A model generated the notes under the pieces. It was not told the origin of the DNA and ran no database searches. It saw only the letters and a list, made by a program, of their open reading frames with translations. The position numbers and the translations under genes were made by a program. A stretch of DNA of 64,000 nucleotides from assembly GCF_947568905.1 (NCBI RefSeq), contig NC_079170.1, positions 3,906,001 through 3,970,000 of the forward strand, read 5' to 3'. The first letter of the stretch is position 1. The number at the start of each line of letters is the position of its first letter. Shown one piece after another: positions 28,655 to 40,405 of the stretch. Source of the DNA: Ostrea edulis. Its lineage: Eukaryota.

Positions 28655-31400
28655 GTTCACGTTTTACCCTGGTTGACATGTTCACAATCAATATGTTGTT
28701 TCTCCTCTCACAGACTACATCCCCGTTTAACATAGTGACACTTCCAGGGTCCATGTACGGCGAATACTTCTTGGAATGAGAAATCACCTTCATTTCTAAA
28801 CCATCTCTTTCAGGTTGCTTTGAATCTGCAATGATGTCAGCTACCGGCCAGTTCTGTTTGTAATTCTTTATTACGTCATCAAAGAGATTTTGGAAGCTCA
28901 GACTAGAGGTGTCTACCTCCACGTCAGCGGGAGGCTTGAAGAGAACATTGCGGAAAACCCATGGTAGAAAACCTCCAGCGAGTGTGGCCAGCATTTGATT
29001 AACACCAGAAACTGAGTATTCGTTTCCAAAGGCCATTACAACAATTATAACAAACAAAAGAAATAGAATAATTGTCAAAAACTGACGAAGGGCACTCACC
29101 AAGTTTTTGTATAGACTTCCAGGACAACCCACGTGATCAATGTAAGCGGATTTGAAAAAGAATGTTCGAGTAATGTACGGTTTGTCGTGATTATCTAAAA
29201 ATAACAGAACACGTGGGACACACCATTTGAGGACGCCATTAGACATGTGAGGGAAGGGGTCCATCGGCACAGTCTCGTCCTCATGGTCATCAACGCTGAT
29301 CTGGAAGGCAGTGTTCGGCTGTATATCTGCCGTCTGCCATGCCACCTTGTCTACCTGTTCTTTCGCTCTTCCGAGAAGTGCCTTGTGAATGGCTTGATTA
29401 AAAGTTTGATATTTCTGAGTAACGCTACCAAAACAGTCTCGAGCATACAACGACAACATGAAAAGTAAAGAAATGTATTTCAGAGTTTGAGAAGCATTGA
29501 GAATGACACCAATCAAGGTATAGACTATCATCTCAACGAAGAAAACAATGACTTCGACAACTAAAATTACACAGGAGACCAACGCTAATATGCTCAATAG
29601 AATGGCAATAAATTGTACAGCACGAAAGCCAACACTGGATTTTGTAGACAGGCGAGCAACAGTCTCTCTTCTGAGAAGGCCAACTACGCCGATTTTCTCT
29701 TTCAATCTGGTTACAAATTTAAAATTTGGGAAGACCACAATGATCAGATGACACAGTAGTCGCAACGCGATGTTGAGTGTTGGTATACAATAAAATGCTA
29801 GAACCATGATGATAACTGGTAAAACGAACATCCAGTATATTCCTACGATGAAAAAAGCGAAAACTCCATATTCCTTGAATGGATAAAGCAAAGTTCTTAT
29901 AGCCCATCCGAACGATCTCGAATACGAAGATTCATGCATGTCTCGGAAGCACTTTCGAAGAACTATATCCATATTTCTTTTTATTTCAGAAGTAATGAAT
30001 TCTAGAACTCCAAACAAAACACCGTCTACAACCAGTACAGCGTAGCAGAATACGAACATACCGTGAACAGGTGTTAAAAAACTCGTCATACTTCCGGGAA
30101 AATATGCAAAGTGCACTTCCAATTTCCGGTCACGTGCAGCATCGTCCTTATCATCGTGTTCACTGTCTTCATACCGATAGAAAATGGCTATTCTGAAAAT
30201 CCATGGAATGATGACCAAAATGCATGAAACAATTAACATAAGTTTTTGTAAACAATGATACCACTTTAAATGTTTGATGACCAACGAAGTTCCTCTGAAA
30301 GGTTCAAATACACTACGGTTGCAACATGGTTTCAAAGAATCCCTTTCGCGGATTTGACAACGAAAAAACGAATCGTAAATGGATCTGATAATTCCGACGG
30401 GAACATCATTTGGTGGAATTAAACGCTCATGCTTAACGTTCAAGTATATCTTTGAAAGGGTCAGTGCATAAACAGTATCTTCATCCATTTCATCCAACTG
30501 TTCCATAAAAGCATTCATTAGCGGCAGATCGTCAATATTCACAATATTTTCGGTCGTGGGTGGTGGGTTATTTAGGTAAGTCTTCATTACTTTGACTTGG
30601 ATTGGATTATCACAGTTGAATTCGTACTTCAAAGTTTTGTACTTGTCTTGATACCAAGCCTTGGGTATGAGATAAGGACAAAACATGATGACAAGCAAGT
30701 TCATAAGATATATGCAGTAAAATAAAATACGGACCCACATGTCTTTAACAAGTTCTCTACATACGATACTACCTTTAGGAGTTTTAGAACAACACACGTG
30801 GTAGAAAACAGCCCTGTTGTTTACATTTTTGATGTGCATGTTGCAGACATGTTCATTGTCACTAAGACTACCACCAGCTCCGTCTGGTGAGATTTCTTTG
30901 AAATCATTTAGTAAAATATGTCGAAGGCCTTTTTCTACTTCCTTTATATCCCTTTGTAATAAACATCCTATTGGTTCTTCCTGTAATTCTACTTTCATAT
31001 TTTCAGTGCCGTAACTCAGAGTCGAAAGTGAAAGTATTTCGAAACCCGTCTTCAAAAATAAAAGTCCTTGGCCATGCCGACCGGTACTTCTTTCCCAAAG
31101 AAAAGGTTTGTAAATGTCAGATTTCGATTGTCCTGGAATCTTTCCGGAATGGTTTCGAAACTTCAGTTCATAGATGATAAGCTTGGTTCCGGCGTCTAGA
31201 AGTTCTTTGATGTCGTGTCTCAGCATTTCAGACACTGGCGTCACACTGCAGTTTCTGGAGAAAGTCACCAGGAATTCTTTATTCAAAGATGAAGAATTAG
31301 AAGTTATGAATATATTCTGATCCTCAGAATAATTCCCGGAAAGACTCAATGTTTGCTGGCAAATTACACAGACTAAAAATACAAACACAAACAACTCCAT
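28635..31400 (-). CDS. Intronless multipass membrane protein of unknown family, 921 aa (signal peptide, Cys-containing ectodomain, about 9-10 TM segments, C-terminal ITDV)
   Basis: Single long ORF. The first ATG (31400) begins a hydrophobic signal peptide, MELFVFVFLVCVICQQTLS. There are many hydrophobic stretches, and a conserved paralogous half lies at 44365-45983. Confidence 0.9.
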   Translation of the reverse strand: MELFVFVFLVCVICQQTLSLSGNYSEDQNIFITSNSSSLNKEFLVTFSRNCSVTPVSEMLRHDIKELLDAGTKLIIYELKFRNHSGKIPGQSKSDIYKPFLWERSTGRHGQGLLFLKTGFEILSLSTLSYGTENMKVELQEEPIGCLLQRDIKEVEKGLRHILLNDFKEISPDGAGGSLSDNEHVCNMHIKNVNNRAVFYHVCCSKTPKGSIVCRELVKDMWVRILFYCIYLMNLLVIMFCPYLIPKAWYQDKYKTLKYEFNCDNPIQVKVMKTYLNNPPPTTENIVNIDDLPLMNAFMEQLDEMDEDTVYALTLSKIYLNVKHERLIPPNDVPVGIIRSIYDSFFRCQIRERDSLKPCCNRSVFEPFRGTSLVIKHLKWYHCLQKLMLIVSCILVIIPWIFRIAIFYRYEDSEHDDKDDAARDRKLEVHFAYFPGSMTSFLTPVHGMFVFCYAVLVVDGVLFGVLEFITSEIKRNMDIVLRKCFRDMHESSYSRSFGWAIRTLLYPFKEYGVFAFFIVGIYWMFVLPVIIMVLAFYCIPTLNIALRLLCHLIIVVFPNFKFVTRLKEKIGVVGLLRRETVARLSTKSSVGFRAVQFIAILLSILALVSCVILVVEVIVFFVEMIVYTLIGVILNASQTLKYISLLFMLSLYARDCFGSVTQKYQTFNQAIHKALLGRAKEQVDKVAWQTADIQPNTAFQISVDDHEDETVPMDPFPHMSNGVLKWCVPRVLLFLDNHDKPYITRTFFFKSAYIDHVGCPGSLYKNLVSALRQFLTIILFLLFVIIVVMAFGNEYSVSGVNQMLATLAGGFLPWVFRNVLFKPPADVEVDTSSLSFQNLFDDVIKNYKQNWPVADIIADSKQPERDGLEMKVISHSKKYSPYMDPGSVTMLNGDVVCERRNNILIVNMSTRVKREHEITDV

Positions 31401-32370
31401 TTCGACACTTAGTTTGAACACTTAAACGTTCTACATATAATCCTTGACTCGTTAATATTGAGACTTTTAAAAATTTTCTTCACTGTGCACCATATCCGTT
31501 TACCTTCACGGTCGAATCAGTCAAGCAGACATTTAAACTCAATTGATAATGCATGTACACATTCAGAATGTTTAAGGAAGTATAACTATGATAAAATTAG
31601 CATGAATTTCCATGTACCTTATTGTCGAACAAGTTTGTTAATAAGGAGATAAATCGGCACGAGATGATAAACGTATTTGATGGATGAAATGAATTAGATG
31701 TTCTTCCTATTAAATACTAGTATAAGAAGTTAACAAATTCACCAATTCTGAAAACATTGTGCATTGTATAATGCGTATTGAGAAAACATTGGTAATGATG
31801 AGTGTTGACTAGCCTGTCAAGGGGCCGAATTGTAAGACGTGGCGGATCGCTGCAGTGAGGGCGTTGATCAGTTCAGATCGACCCTTCTATTCCCTAGAAA
31901 CAAATGACCGTCCGACGGCGAGTCATCTGAAAAACCCCTGGGGATGGGTCGGTCTTTCTGCAGATGATGACAGCTTTATCTACTCTTCCATTGTGTCAGA
32001 TCAGTTGAATGGAAACGGGACACGGGTTTCTTTCAGAACATCGTGGTCAGTCGACGTTTTATAAAAAAATAAATCAGGAAACCTTGATAGTTGTTTTGGA
32101 ATGGCTGCATGTTTCAGTAAAAACAATTATTGTTCATTTTGTTTTAGTTTAGGACGGCACATGTACTTTCCAATAAGATTTATACTAGGCCTATTTGAAT
32201 ATGAACCGTCTCTATTCGTGATGATTGTATCAAATCGATACAAGAGTTTTCTCTCCTGATTGATGATTTCGTAAACTTTTACGCTGCATCATGTGCCATA
32301 TAATCTTCGCTTTGATTTAGTGTTCAGTGGATGCTTCTCGTTTGCTGCGGTGTAGTGGCGGTTGTGACCT

Positions 32371-32503
32371 ATGAAAAATGAAAATAACGTACATCAGTCT
32401 CATAAATCCTATACAGAATGCATGTACAGTATTAAGAGTATGACAAGCACGGACCCCCAGAGGTGGGATGAGGCGCCTAGGAGGAGTACACATCCCCTGT
32501 CGA
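32371..32503 (-). mobile_element. Degenerate 3' fragment of a non-LTR retrotransposon/SINE-like repeat
   Basis: cacggaccc...gaggtgggat.agg.gcctaggaggagta..catcccctgtcgac resembles an abundant oyster retroelement 3' end (recollection, not searched). Confidence 0.4.
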
Positions 32504-35350
32504 CATACTTCGCGGTTCCAGATACTAGTAACTCATAGACAAACAATTCACCGACACTGTTTATCGACAAACCTTCTAATCAACAGTTCGACACAACATT
32601 TTATAGAAACCGACAAAGTATCAATAACTTGTAGACATTCATCGTAATAAGGACACAAATAGTTATCCTTCATCTGAAAAAAAAAATCAATACGTTTTAC
32701 ATGATATTTACAATGCCTTCCATTTATTGAACGATATTTCTTTATCAAAAAGATTGACATTAGTATGAGTTATTTTCTGTCCAGCGAGATGTTTTATTTT
32801 TTTGAGGTTACTGACTGCGGAGTAGCGATCTCATATAAGTATTTCAGTGTGGGTTTTAAGTGAAGGTTTTAAAAACTGTAAGTATCATGATACGATACTC
32901 CAGCAACTATTTATAAATATTAATATTTTAAAATTTTTTTTAGATTATGTATATGACTTTTTAAAATAAATCACTTCAATATCAACAGGATTCGGTGCAT
33001 TTTTTGTAATGTCAATCTGCATTATTAATACACCTCAAGTCCAAAACTTCATTTAGACCAGTCTATTTTTAATCATGCATGTAATTACATATGTACAAAT
33101 AATCTTTCAATGTAAATTTTTCTTTTACTCTTTGAAATAGAACAACATATAACATGTGTCTATTTCAGGGACAATAAAATCACAAAATGAAATCTTCATA
33201 ATTTTTTTTAATGAAGTTTGTAGTAAAATACGGGTAGTATACGAGTTGTCTTTCGTTGAATTGACATGTCGATCAGCTGGTCTGTGAATGGAAGTGATGT
33301 CAATGGGTGTTATTTTGACATAATGAAACCCTTGACATTTATAACTGTTAATATCAAGCAGTAACTCGAGAGTGATCTTTTCAACTTTACATATAGAAAA
33401 TGTGAAAATTACAAATACGGGAAAATATAGAGTTTTTGTTAATGAGGATAGGTCTTCATGCCCCCATTATACAAACACATTATATATTAATGCCGGAAAT
33501 TATCAATAAAGTTAGACATTAGAAACTATCAGTGGTGTCTGAGAATCGGGACAGATTATTATTATCGCTGCGATATAATAAAAATGTCAGCAAATAGGTG
33601 GAAATTTTTATTTTTGGAAGAGATTATAATTTTGGTATTTTATATAAGGAAAAATAATAATAATGTGAGGTTTCCATAGTAAACATATGGGCCCAACCTT
33701 TGGTATTTATGCGAATCAAAACTTAACAGTAAATGCTTCCGGTCCGAATTTCTAGAGTCAGTCTCAGTTTTAATTTTTCCTTTATTTACAAAATAACTGA
33801 TGACGTGAAGTTTAATTACACAACAGCAATACATAATCGTGAAATAAAAAAGCAAACAATGCTTGTAATATTGAAATATATACAGTAACTCGTCAAAGTA
33901 AAGGCTAACACGGTGGTGAATGTGACAGTATATTTTACCCGGCTGTTGTATATTTTAGATGGTACAAATGTTAGATCATACAGTCATATTTGTAATTAAA
34001 ACGCATTTCTATATATTACACAGTGTCTAATAATTTCCATGTAAAGAAAAAAAAAAAAAAAAGAAAAGAAAAAAAAAAACCGGGCGCGGATCAGAGAAGG
34101 AAATGATTCTAATTGTTTCACGTATTATTGATAATTTATCTAAACCTCGGTATAATGTTCGTCTTCGCTTACTTTCTATCACGTCGATTCTTTGAAATGT
34201 TATCAGGGCCGATAAACTTCAGGTAAGGAAAGGCGGATATCATTTTCATTCAGAACAAATATTGATTTTAGAAAAAGGCAAAAACAGACATAACGTTGGA
34301 TATACAACATAAAACATAAAACACATTCAATGTGTAAATAAAAACATGGATGTATATATTAGATAATACAGAAATCTAATATTTTAAAAGCAATGCGTGA
34401 TATTAGCAAAAGTTTATCAGATGGGTGAAAACATACGTTTATGTCATCAATAGAAACCTGGGTTTTTTTTTATTCTCATGACATTTGATTTATTTCAGCA
34501 ATTCATAACCATAATTTCAAACTGGGGCCACTAATTAACAATTTGTGAAACATTTCATTTTCAAACAATTGTTCCAATAAAGAAGAAAATTTAAGAGGCT
34601 CTCTGAACCCAAAACAAAAATACATAAACACAAATGAGATAATGAATAAAAATATGAGTAGAAATATTTCTTTTTGTTCTAATTCTTTACTGAACCACAG
34701 AAGTAACCTCTTCTTGAAAACCTTCTATAGCAGTAACCAAGGATGTAAATTTAAACATGCATGTTGATAGAAAACAGCGACCCGAGGCCTATTAAAAGGG
34801 ACATCTGACTTACAGATCCTTTATCCATTCATAAAAGAAATGGAGACAGGGGGGATGTTTAAATTTTTCGTTTTCTCTTGTTTGTTTTCTCTCTTTCCAA
34901 TACGGGGTAAAAAGCATAAAAACCATAAGCTGATCAAAAATGTCGGTACGGTTTGAAAAATACAGCTATCGCAATTATCATCTTACCAATAAACCAATTA
35001 TCTATATTTAAAAATATGTACTTTCAAATCCAGATGTGAATGTGCTAGGTACACTGTCAGCCATCTTTATCAAATTTATATATGGTACTTATGTTTCTTA
35101 ATTGATTTGGTATGCAAGAACATGTGTGGCGTATGATCAACTTCTATACCGGCGCAGGTATTGAAAAATTCGTTGATGTTACAGGAGTCTTGACAGTCTT
35201 GTTTAAAGTGACGTCTCACGAAGTATATGGTCGTTATAATGAATAGTTTGACTTCGCTAAAATAGAAGAAGGAAAATAATAAAAACTAAAATAAAATATA
35301 TCATCATTATAGTAATTACTTAATATTATATTTATTTCAAAACATGATAT

Positions 35351-35520
35351 TGGACGAATTTGTCTCCACTTTTTTGGCACGCTGTTTTTGGCTATATTTA
35401 GCTCTAAAGCTTCATAGTTATTTCGGATTTCAAACATTTCGGTTGAGCATCACTGAAGAGACATTATTTGTCGAAATGCGCATCTGGTGCATCAAAATTG
35501 GTACCGAATAAGTTTTACAT
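35351..35520 (+). mobile_element. Retrozyme/Penelope-type repeat, fragment A (contains the hammerhead)
   Basis: Its 5' part is shared with 38678-38756 and its 3' part with 38471-38497. Confidence 0.7.
35447..35490 (+). ncRNA. Minimal type I hammerhead ribozyme
   Basis: Stem I GCAUCA/UGGUGC; core CUGAAGA; stem II GAC-auuauuu-GUC; GAA; palindromic stem III AUGCGCAU; cleavage triplet AUC, with the predicted cut after 35484. Confidence 0.85.
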
Positions 35521-35643
35521 ATAAAACATAGTGTATCAGACAAGGCTAAACTCAGTACGACTGGAAGTAGGTGATTAAACTCCAGAATATCGATAGAAGT
35601 CAAAGAATTGTCAGATAAATAATTTCAAACCTGATTTATTAAT

Positions 35644-36495
35644 GCATCTGTCCTCTTACTAGACACCTAGGCATGCTCTACTCTAAATCTACTCTGTATC
35701 GGGTAATATATAATGAATCATATATAAATAGGTTCATCTGTCCTCTTACTAGACACCTAGGCATGCTCTACTCTAAATCTACTCTGTATCGGGTAATATA
35801 TAATGAATCATATATAAATAGGTTCATCTGTCCTCTTACTAGACACCTAGGCATGATCTACTCTAGATCTACTTTGTATCGGGTAATATATAATGATTCA
35901 TATATAAATAGGTTTATCTGTCCTCTGACTAGACACCTAGGCATGCTCTACTCTAAATCTACTTTGTATCGGGTAATATATAATGATTCATATATAAATA
36001 GGTTCATCTGTCCTCTTACTAGACACCTAGGCATGCTCTACTCTAAATCTACTTTGTATCGGGTAATATATAATGATTCATATATAAATAGGTTCATCTG
36101 TCCTCTTACTAGACACCTAGGCATGCTCTACTCTAAATCTACTTTGTATCGGGTAATATATAATGAATCATATATAAATAGGTTCATCTGTCCTCTTACT
36201 AGACACCTAGGCATGCTCTACTCTAAATCTACTTTGTATCGGGTAATATATAATGAATCATATATAAATAGGTTCGTCTGTCCTCTTACTAGACACCTAG
36301 GCATGCTCTACTCTAAATCTACTTTGTATCGGGTAATATATAATGATTCATATATAAATAGGTTCATCTGTCCTCTTACTAGACACCTAGGCATGCTCTA
36401 CTCTAAATCTACTTTGTATCGGGTAATATATAATGAATCATATATAAATAGGTTCGTCTGTCCTCTTACTAGACACTTAGGTATGCTATCTAGTT
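35644..36495. repeat. Tandem array, 90-bp unit, about 9.4 copies
   Basis: Near-identical units catctgtcctcttactagacacctaggcatgc...ataggtt. They produce the 30-aa repeat ORF 35673-36560. Confidence 0.97.
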
Positions 36496-36718
36496 CTAAG
36501 TATTGCCTCTTCTTCATATATATATACGATATCATGATAAAGATTTTAAACAATGCATAACATACTAAATCTGATAAGTGTACATGAAATGAAAAGAACA
36601 GTTTGTAGATGAGGATGCATTCAAAACATGTACCAGAATTCTCTGTCTCGCATTCTTTATAGATTCATTGGAAATTACAAAGTTCCCTGCGAATTATGTA
36701 GAAAATGATAAAAGAGAT

Positions 36719-38065
36719 TTAAATGCTATCTGGGCAATGCGGAATTTCTTTCTGTATGTAGCTCATTAAACTTGTCCCATTCAGATTAATGCATGTTCCA
36801 TAAAATGTAGGGATGGACTTCCACGACTTCATCCAGCCAAGATTCGCGCAGGAGCATTCCACCGGACATGACGTCATATCCACAGTTTGTAGCGACTCTG
36901 CTTTCAGAAGTGCTTTTGGAACTGACGTTAGATTGGTGTGATCCAAAACTATGAAACCAAGTTGTTTATTGTTAAGAAACGCATTTTCAGAGATCTGAGA
37001 CAACGGGTTATAACTCAGGAAAAGTGTTCCTATGTTAAACAGTTTATTGCAATCCTCGTATTGAATCTCAGAAATCTGGCTGCTGGTGATGACTAGGCTT
37101 GTTAGGGAGTCTAAGTTTGACAAAACTGGAGGCACGTGGGTAAGTTGTGTGCCATTGATTGGCAGATAGTGCAAATAATTGCTCAAGTGGGGCGGAAAGG
37201 TGTCACCGCGAAGATATTCTATTGGCTCATTATCAACAGAAATTCTTCCTATGTGATTTGATTTTGAAAAGATGGATGGAAGAGTTGTTAACCCGTTGTC
37301 CTGGAATGTTATCGATGTTAGGTAGGGGAAACCATGGGTAACAGATTCCGTAATGGCATTAGCTGACAATTTCTTATTTCTTTGAAATGTCATCGTAGAA
37401 ATTTTCCTGCAGTCATTGATGGAGGTTGGTAGTTTTGTTAACCCAGTATTGTAAAAGTTAAGAAATGTCAGATTCTTGTGGTACAAGGAAAATGCATCGT
37501 CGGGGAGCTCTGGAAATTGTACGTCATATAAATCAATTGAAAATAAATTTGGGAGAAGGTCCATGTTCTTTGGCCATCTTGTCATGGACTTGGACCCCAA
37601 ACTAATCAACTGAAGGGAAGAGGATAAATTTTTCACCACACTCTCTGACAAATCAGTCAGGGGATTCCCCTGAATAGAAATGGCAGTTAATTGCCGAAGC
37701 TTTCCAATCGCGACTGGTAACTCTGACAGTTTGTTGTTTTCAAGATGAAAATAATTTAATGTGTCCTCGCTCCCATTGAAAGCATTTTCACCGATTAAGT
37801 GAATCGCATTGTTTTCTAAACTAAGAAAATTGACCGCGACACCATAAAAATAATGATCAGATATTGTCTCAATCCCATTACCATCTAGAAAAAACGTCCA
37901 TTGTCCTTCACACTTTTGAATGGGTGGGAGTGAGGATAGGTTTTTGTTGCTACAATATACTATCTGTTGATTTCCATTACACTCACAGGGTAACGGCAAA
38001 GGACAATCGGCAGAAACCTCTCTATCTCCAGAGCTTACTAATACGAGCAGTGTTGTGGTTACCAC
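36719..38065 (-). CDS. Secreted LRR-only protein (LRRNT, multiple LRRs, LRRCT, no TM), main exon
   Basis: CPLPLPCECNG..VYCS N-cap, repeated LxxLxLxxNxL motifs, PVECSCANLGW..GTC C-cap. Acceptor tttcag| at 38066-38067. A possible tiny first exon, MSITILFFLP (38330-38359), has only a weak donor. Confidence 0.9.
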   Translation of the reverse strand: MVTTTLLVLVSSGDREVSADCPLPLPCECNGNQQIVYCSNKNLSSLPPIQKCEGQWTFFLDGNGIETISDHYFYGVAVNFLSLENNAIHLIGENAFNGSEDTLNYFHLENNKLSELPVAIGKLRQLTAISIQGNPLTDLSESVVKNLSSSLQLISLGSKSMTRWPKNMDLLPNLFSIDLYDVQFPELPDDAFSLYHKNLTFLNFYNTGLTKLPTSINDCRKISTMTFQRNKKLSANAITESVTHGFPYLTSITFQDNGLTTLPSIFSKSNHIGRISVDNEPIEYLRGDTFPPHLSNYLHYLPINGTQLTHVPPVLSNLDSLTSLVITSSQISEIQYEDCNKLFNIGTLFLSYNPLSQISENAFLNNKQLGFIVLDHTNLTSVPKALLKAESLQTVDMTSCPVECSCANLGWMKSWKSIPTFYGTCINLNGTSLMSYIQKEIPHCPDSI

Positions 38066-38470
38066 CTGAAAGTAGGAAGTAGTTTTTCAAATTTGATGTC
38101 AAAAGACTTGGCTATATGGAGGCGTGCTAATATCGAAAAGTATGATAGAAATCCACTTACTGACAGAAAATGTCCAGCCATTTCTTACTTCGGTACGTTT
38201 ATAAAAATGTACACATGTATAGATAATAAGAAATGATAAGGATCAGGAAAATTGTCATTCCTCCAAAAGTCGTATGTTTACATATAACGAGAGATAAATG
38301 ACAGGTGTTTGTTCATCATGGTTATACACCGGTAGAAAGAACAGGATGGTTATGGACATGTATACGGAGGAGTGTCTCATTAAGTAGGAGAAAGGCTTCC
38401 ACTGATCTCAGGCATACAAGCTTCCTCTCACAGATTGGGTGGTGTGAGGCTATTGTCATTACATTACATT

Positions 38471-38756
38471 AAATTGGTACCGTATAAGTTTTACATTATG
38501 ACTCCTGGGTCGAGGCCTCTGATGGTGGACTGTTAGTCCCCGAGGGTCTCTACAGCCCAGTAGCTAAGTACTTCGTTACTAGCTTGAACATACGGATGTA
38601 TATTTAATTGCTGTTATAACATTTAGAAATTCATTTCAAAATTAAGGATTATCTCCCTCACGCATAGCTCTTATCCTTAGACGAATTTGACTCCACTCTT
38701 TTGGCACACTGTTTTTGCCTACAGTAGCTCGAAAACGTCATTGTTATTTCGGATTT
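38471..38756 (+). mobile_element. Retrozyme/Penelope-type repeat, fragment B (lacks the hammerhead)
   Basis: Begins aaattggtaccgtataagttttacatt (the end of fragment A) and ends ...gttatttcggattt (the start of fragment A). It contains a long GC-rich hairpin, ctggg...cccag. Confidence 0.7.
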
Positions 38757-39927
38757 TTAAGTTTTACATTACAACGAATATCTATGTAAATAGTAATAAA
38801 TGTATAGGAATGCAATTCTTTATAGATTTTAAAACTAAATACAGGTAGTACATAGTTTTCTTGGGACGCTCCAATTATATATAATGTAGGTAATGTCATA
38901 CATGGTTTGAGACAGAAATGTTTAACAAACATCTGATGTATATACATGTAGTAGGGAAATTACACACACTCTCAATCAATGAAACCATTGGTAAACTGAT
39001 TACAGAATAAGGTATTGCTGTGCTTGATTGACACCTGAGATTCTAATTAACATCGTACAAACTGGAACGAAATTATTAGAATTGGAACGAAAGTTATCCC
39101 TCTTTGCTTAAAGTGAGTCATGATTTCTTCCGAGATTTTAAAACTGGAGACTTATATCTTTTGAACTGCTTTTGTTTTTCTCTTCTATTTCAATCACCAA
39201 CATTTCTAAAGATTTCGATTTTAAACAGACATAAATGACACGTCACATTTATACTTTAGACAATGAACACCATGTCACTGCATCGAACGCGTACATTCTG
39301 AGAGACAAACACTGCTCACGTTTTCAGCACGAATCGCTCGCTCTGTGTTTGGTACGAATACTTTTAATTATAAAGCATTATGAACATTTACTATCGTAGC
39401 AATTCTTAGTTTAATTATGTTACAATTTCAGAATGAAAGTTAGTGAAACGAAAATCTTCCGAAATGGCATTCGTGAAGCGTGTACGAAATACTGATATTT
39501 CTAAAAAAAAAAATAAAAAAAAAAATACAACAACCAAAAGTCAAAAGTATGACAGGTACAGTTCGTTATTACTATTACTGAATGAACAGAATGTGAGAAT
39601 TGTCAATTTTTCCATTCATGCTATATGCTCAAATGAATCCTTTATTCATGTAGCAATTTAACACCATATGAAGCAAACATTGTATAATACCCCCTCCCAT
39701 GCAGTAGTTTGCCCCGAATCATGGAGTTAAGTGGTTGGTATTGCCTTAATTTAGTATTTATCTCATGCACAAACACTAGTATACTTTTCCCTCTCTGCTA
39801 GATTTCCCGGCCACGCACTGTTCGAATATGTACAATTATCATGTTGTTTGCTTTACCGCAGTTACCAGTATATGAAAACTACCACCTAAACAGAAACACG
39901 AAGAATTCAAAATACACACGTCCTGCA

Positions 39928-39963
39928 TCTGTCTATCTGTCTGTCTGTCTGTCTGTTTCTCTG

Positions 39964-40004
<41 letters not shown>
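39928..40004. repeat. (CTGT)n/(CT)n microsatellite
   Basis: Seen directly in the sequence. Confidence 0.95.
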
Positions 40005-40011
<7 letters not shown>

Positions 40012-40405
40012 CATTTGTATTTGCAAGACTTTCACATTCTTTCATATTTCAATGGAGTTGACCTTTGTGACATTTAATATATAATATTTAAATATTCATT
40101 CGCCAATGAAACTTCGACATGTGTTTATTTCATATAAAACTGTTGAATACATTTATAAAATTTCAGATTAAATATAATTTTTCAGAGTTTAACCCCTTGA
40201 GATAAATTAACTGTATATGACAAAGTTTCATTATTTCGACAACTATCTCACACAACACGAAGAGCAAATAAAATGCATTGGATTTGTGCGTCAAATACAG
40301 ATGCTACTACACAAACACCGCAAGATATAAACATGTCAATTGTACACCCAATATGTACACGTATTCATCCATATTTCCAACTAGATAATCTAAAGTTCTT
40401 TTTTA

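Noticed and set aside
29247-31177. Short antisense ORFs within the membrane-protein genes (also 44971-45475)
   Set aside because: Shadow frames. Their apparent conservation simply reflects the paralogy of the sense strands.
31830-32060. GC-rich island upstream of the membrane gene
   Set aside because: Stops occur in all minus-strand frames and the plus-strand ORF has no motif. It could be a UTR exon or repeat fragment but cannot be assigned.
35673-36560. 295-aa ORF of 30-aa repeats
   Set aside because: It is the 90-bp tandem array read in its one open frame. There is no unique domain, and no evidence of coding constraint can be drawn from near-identical units.
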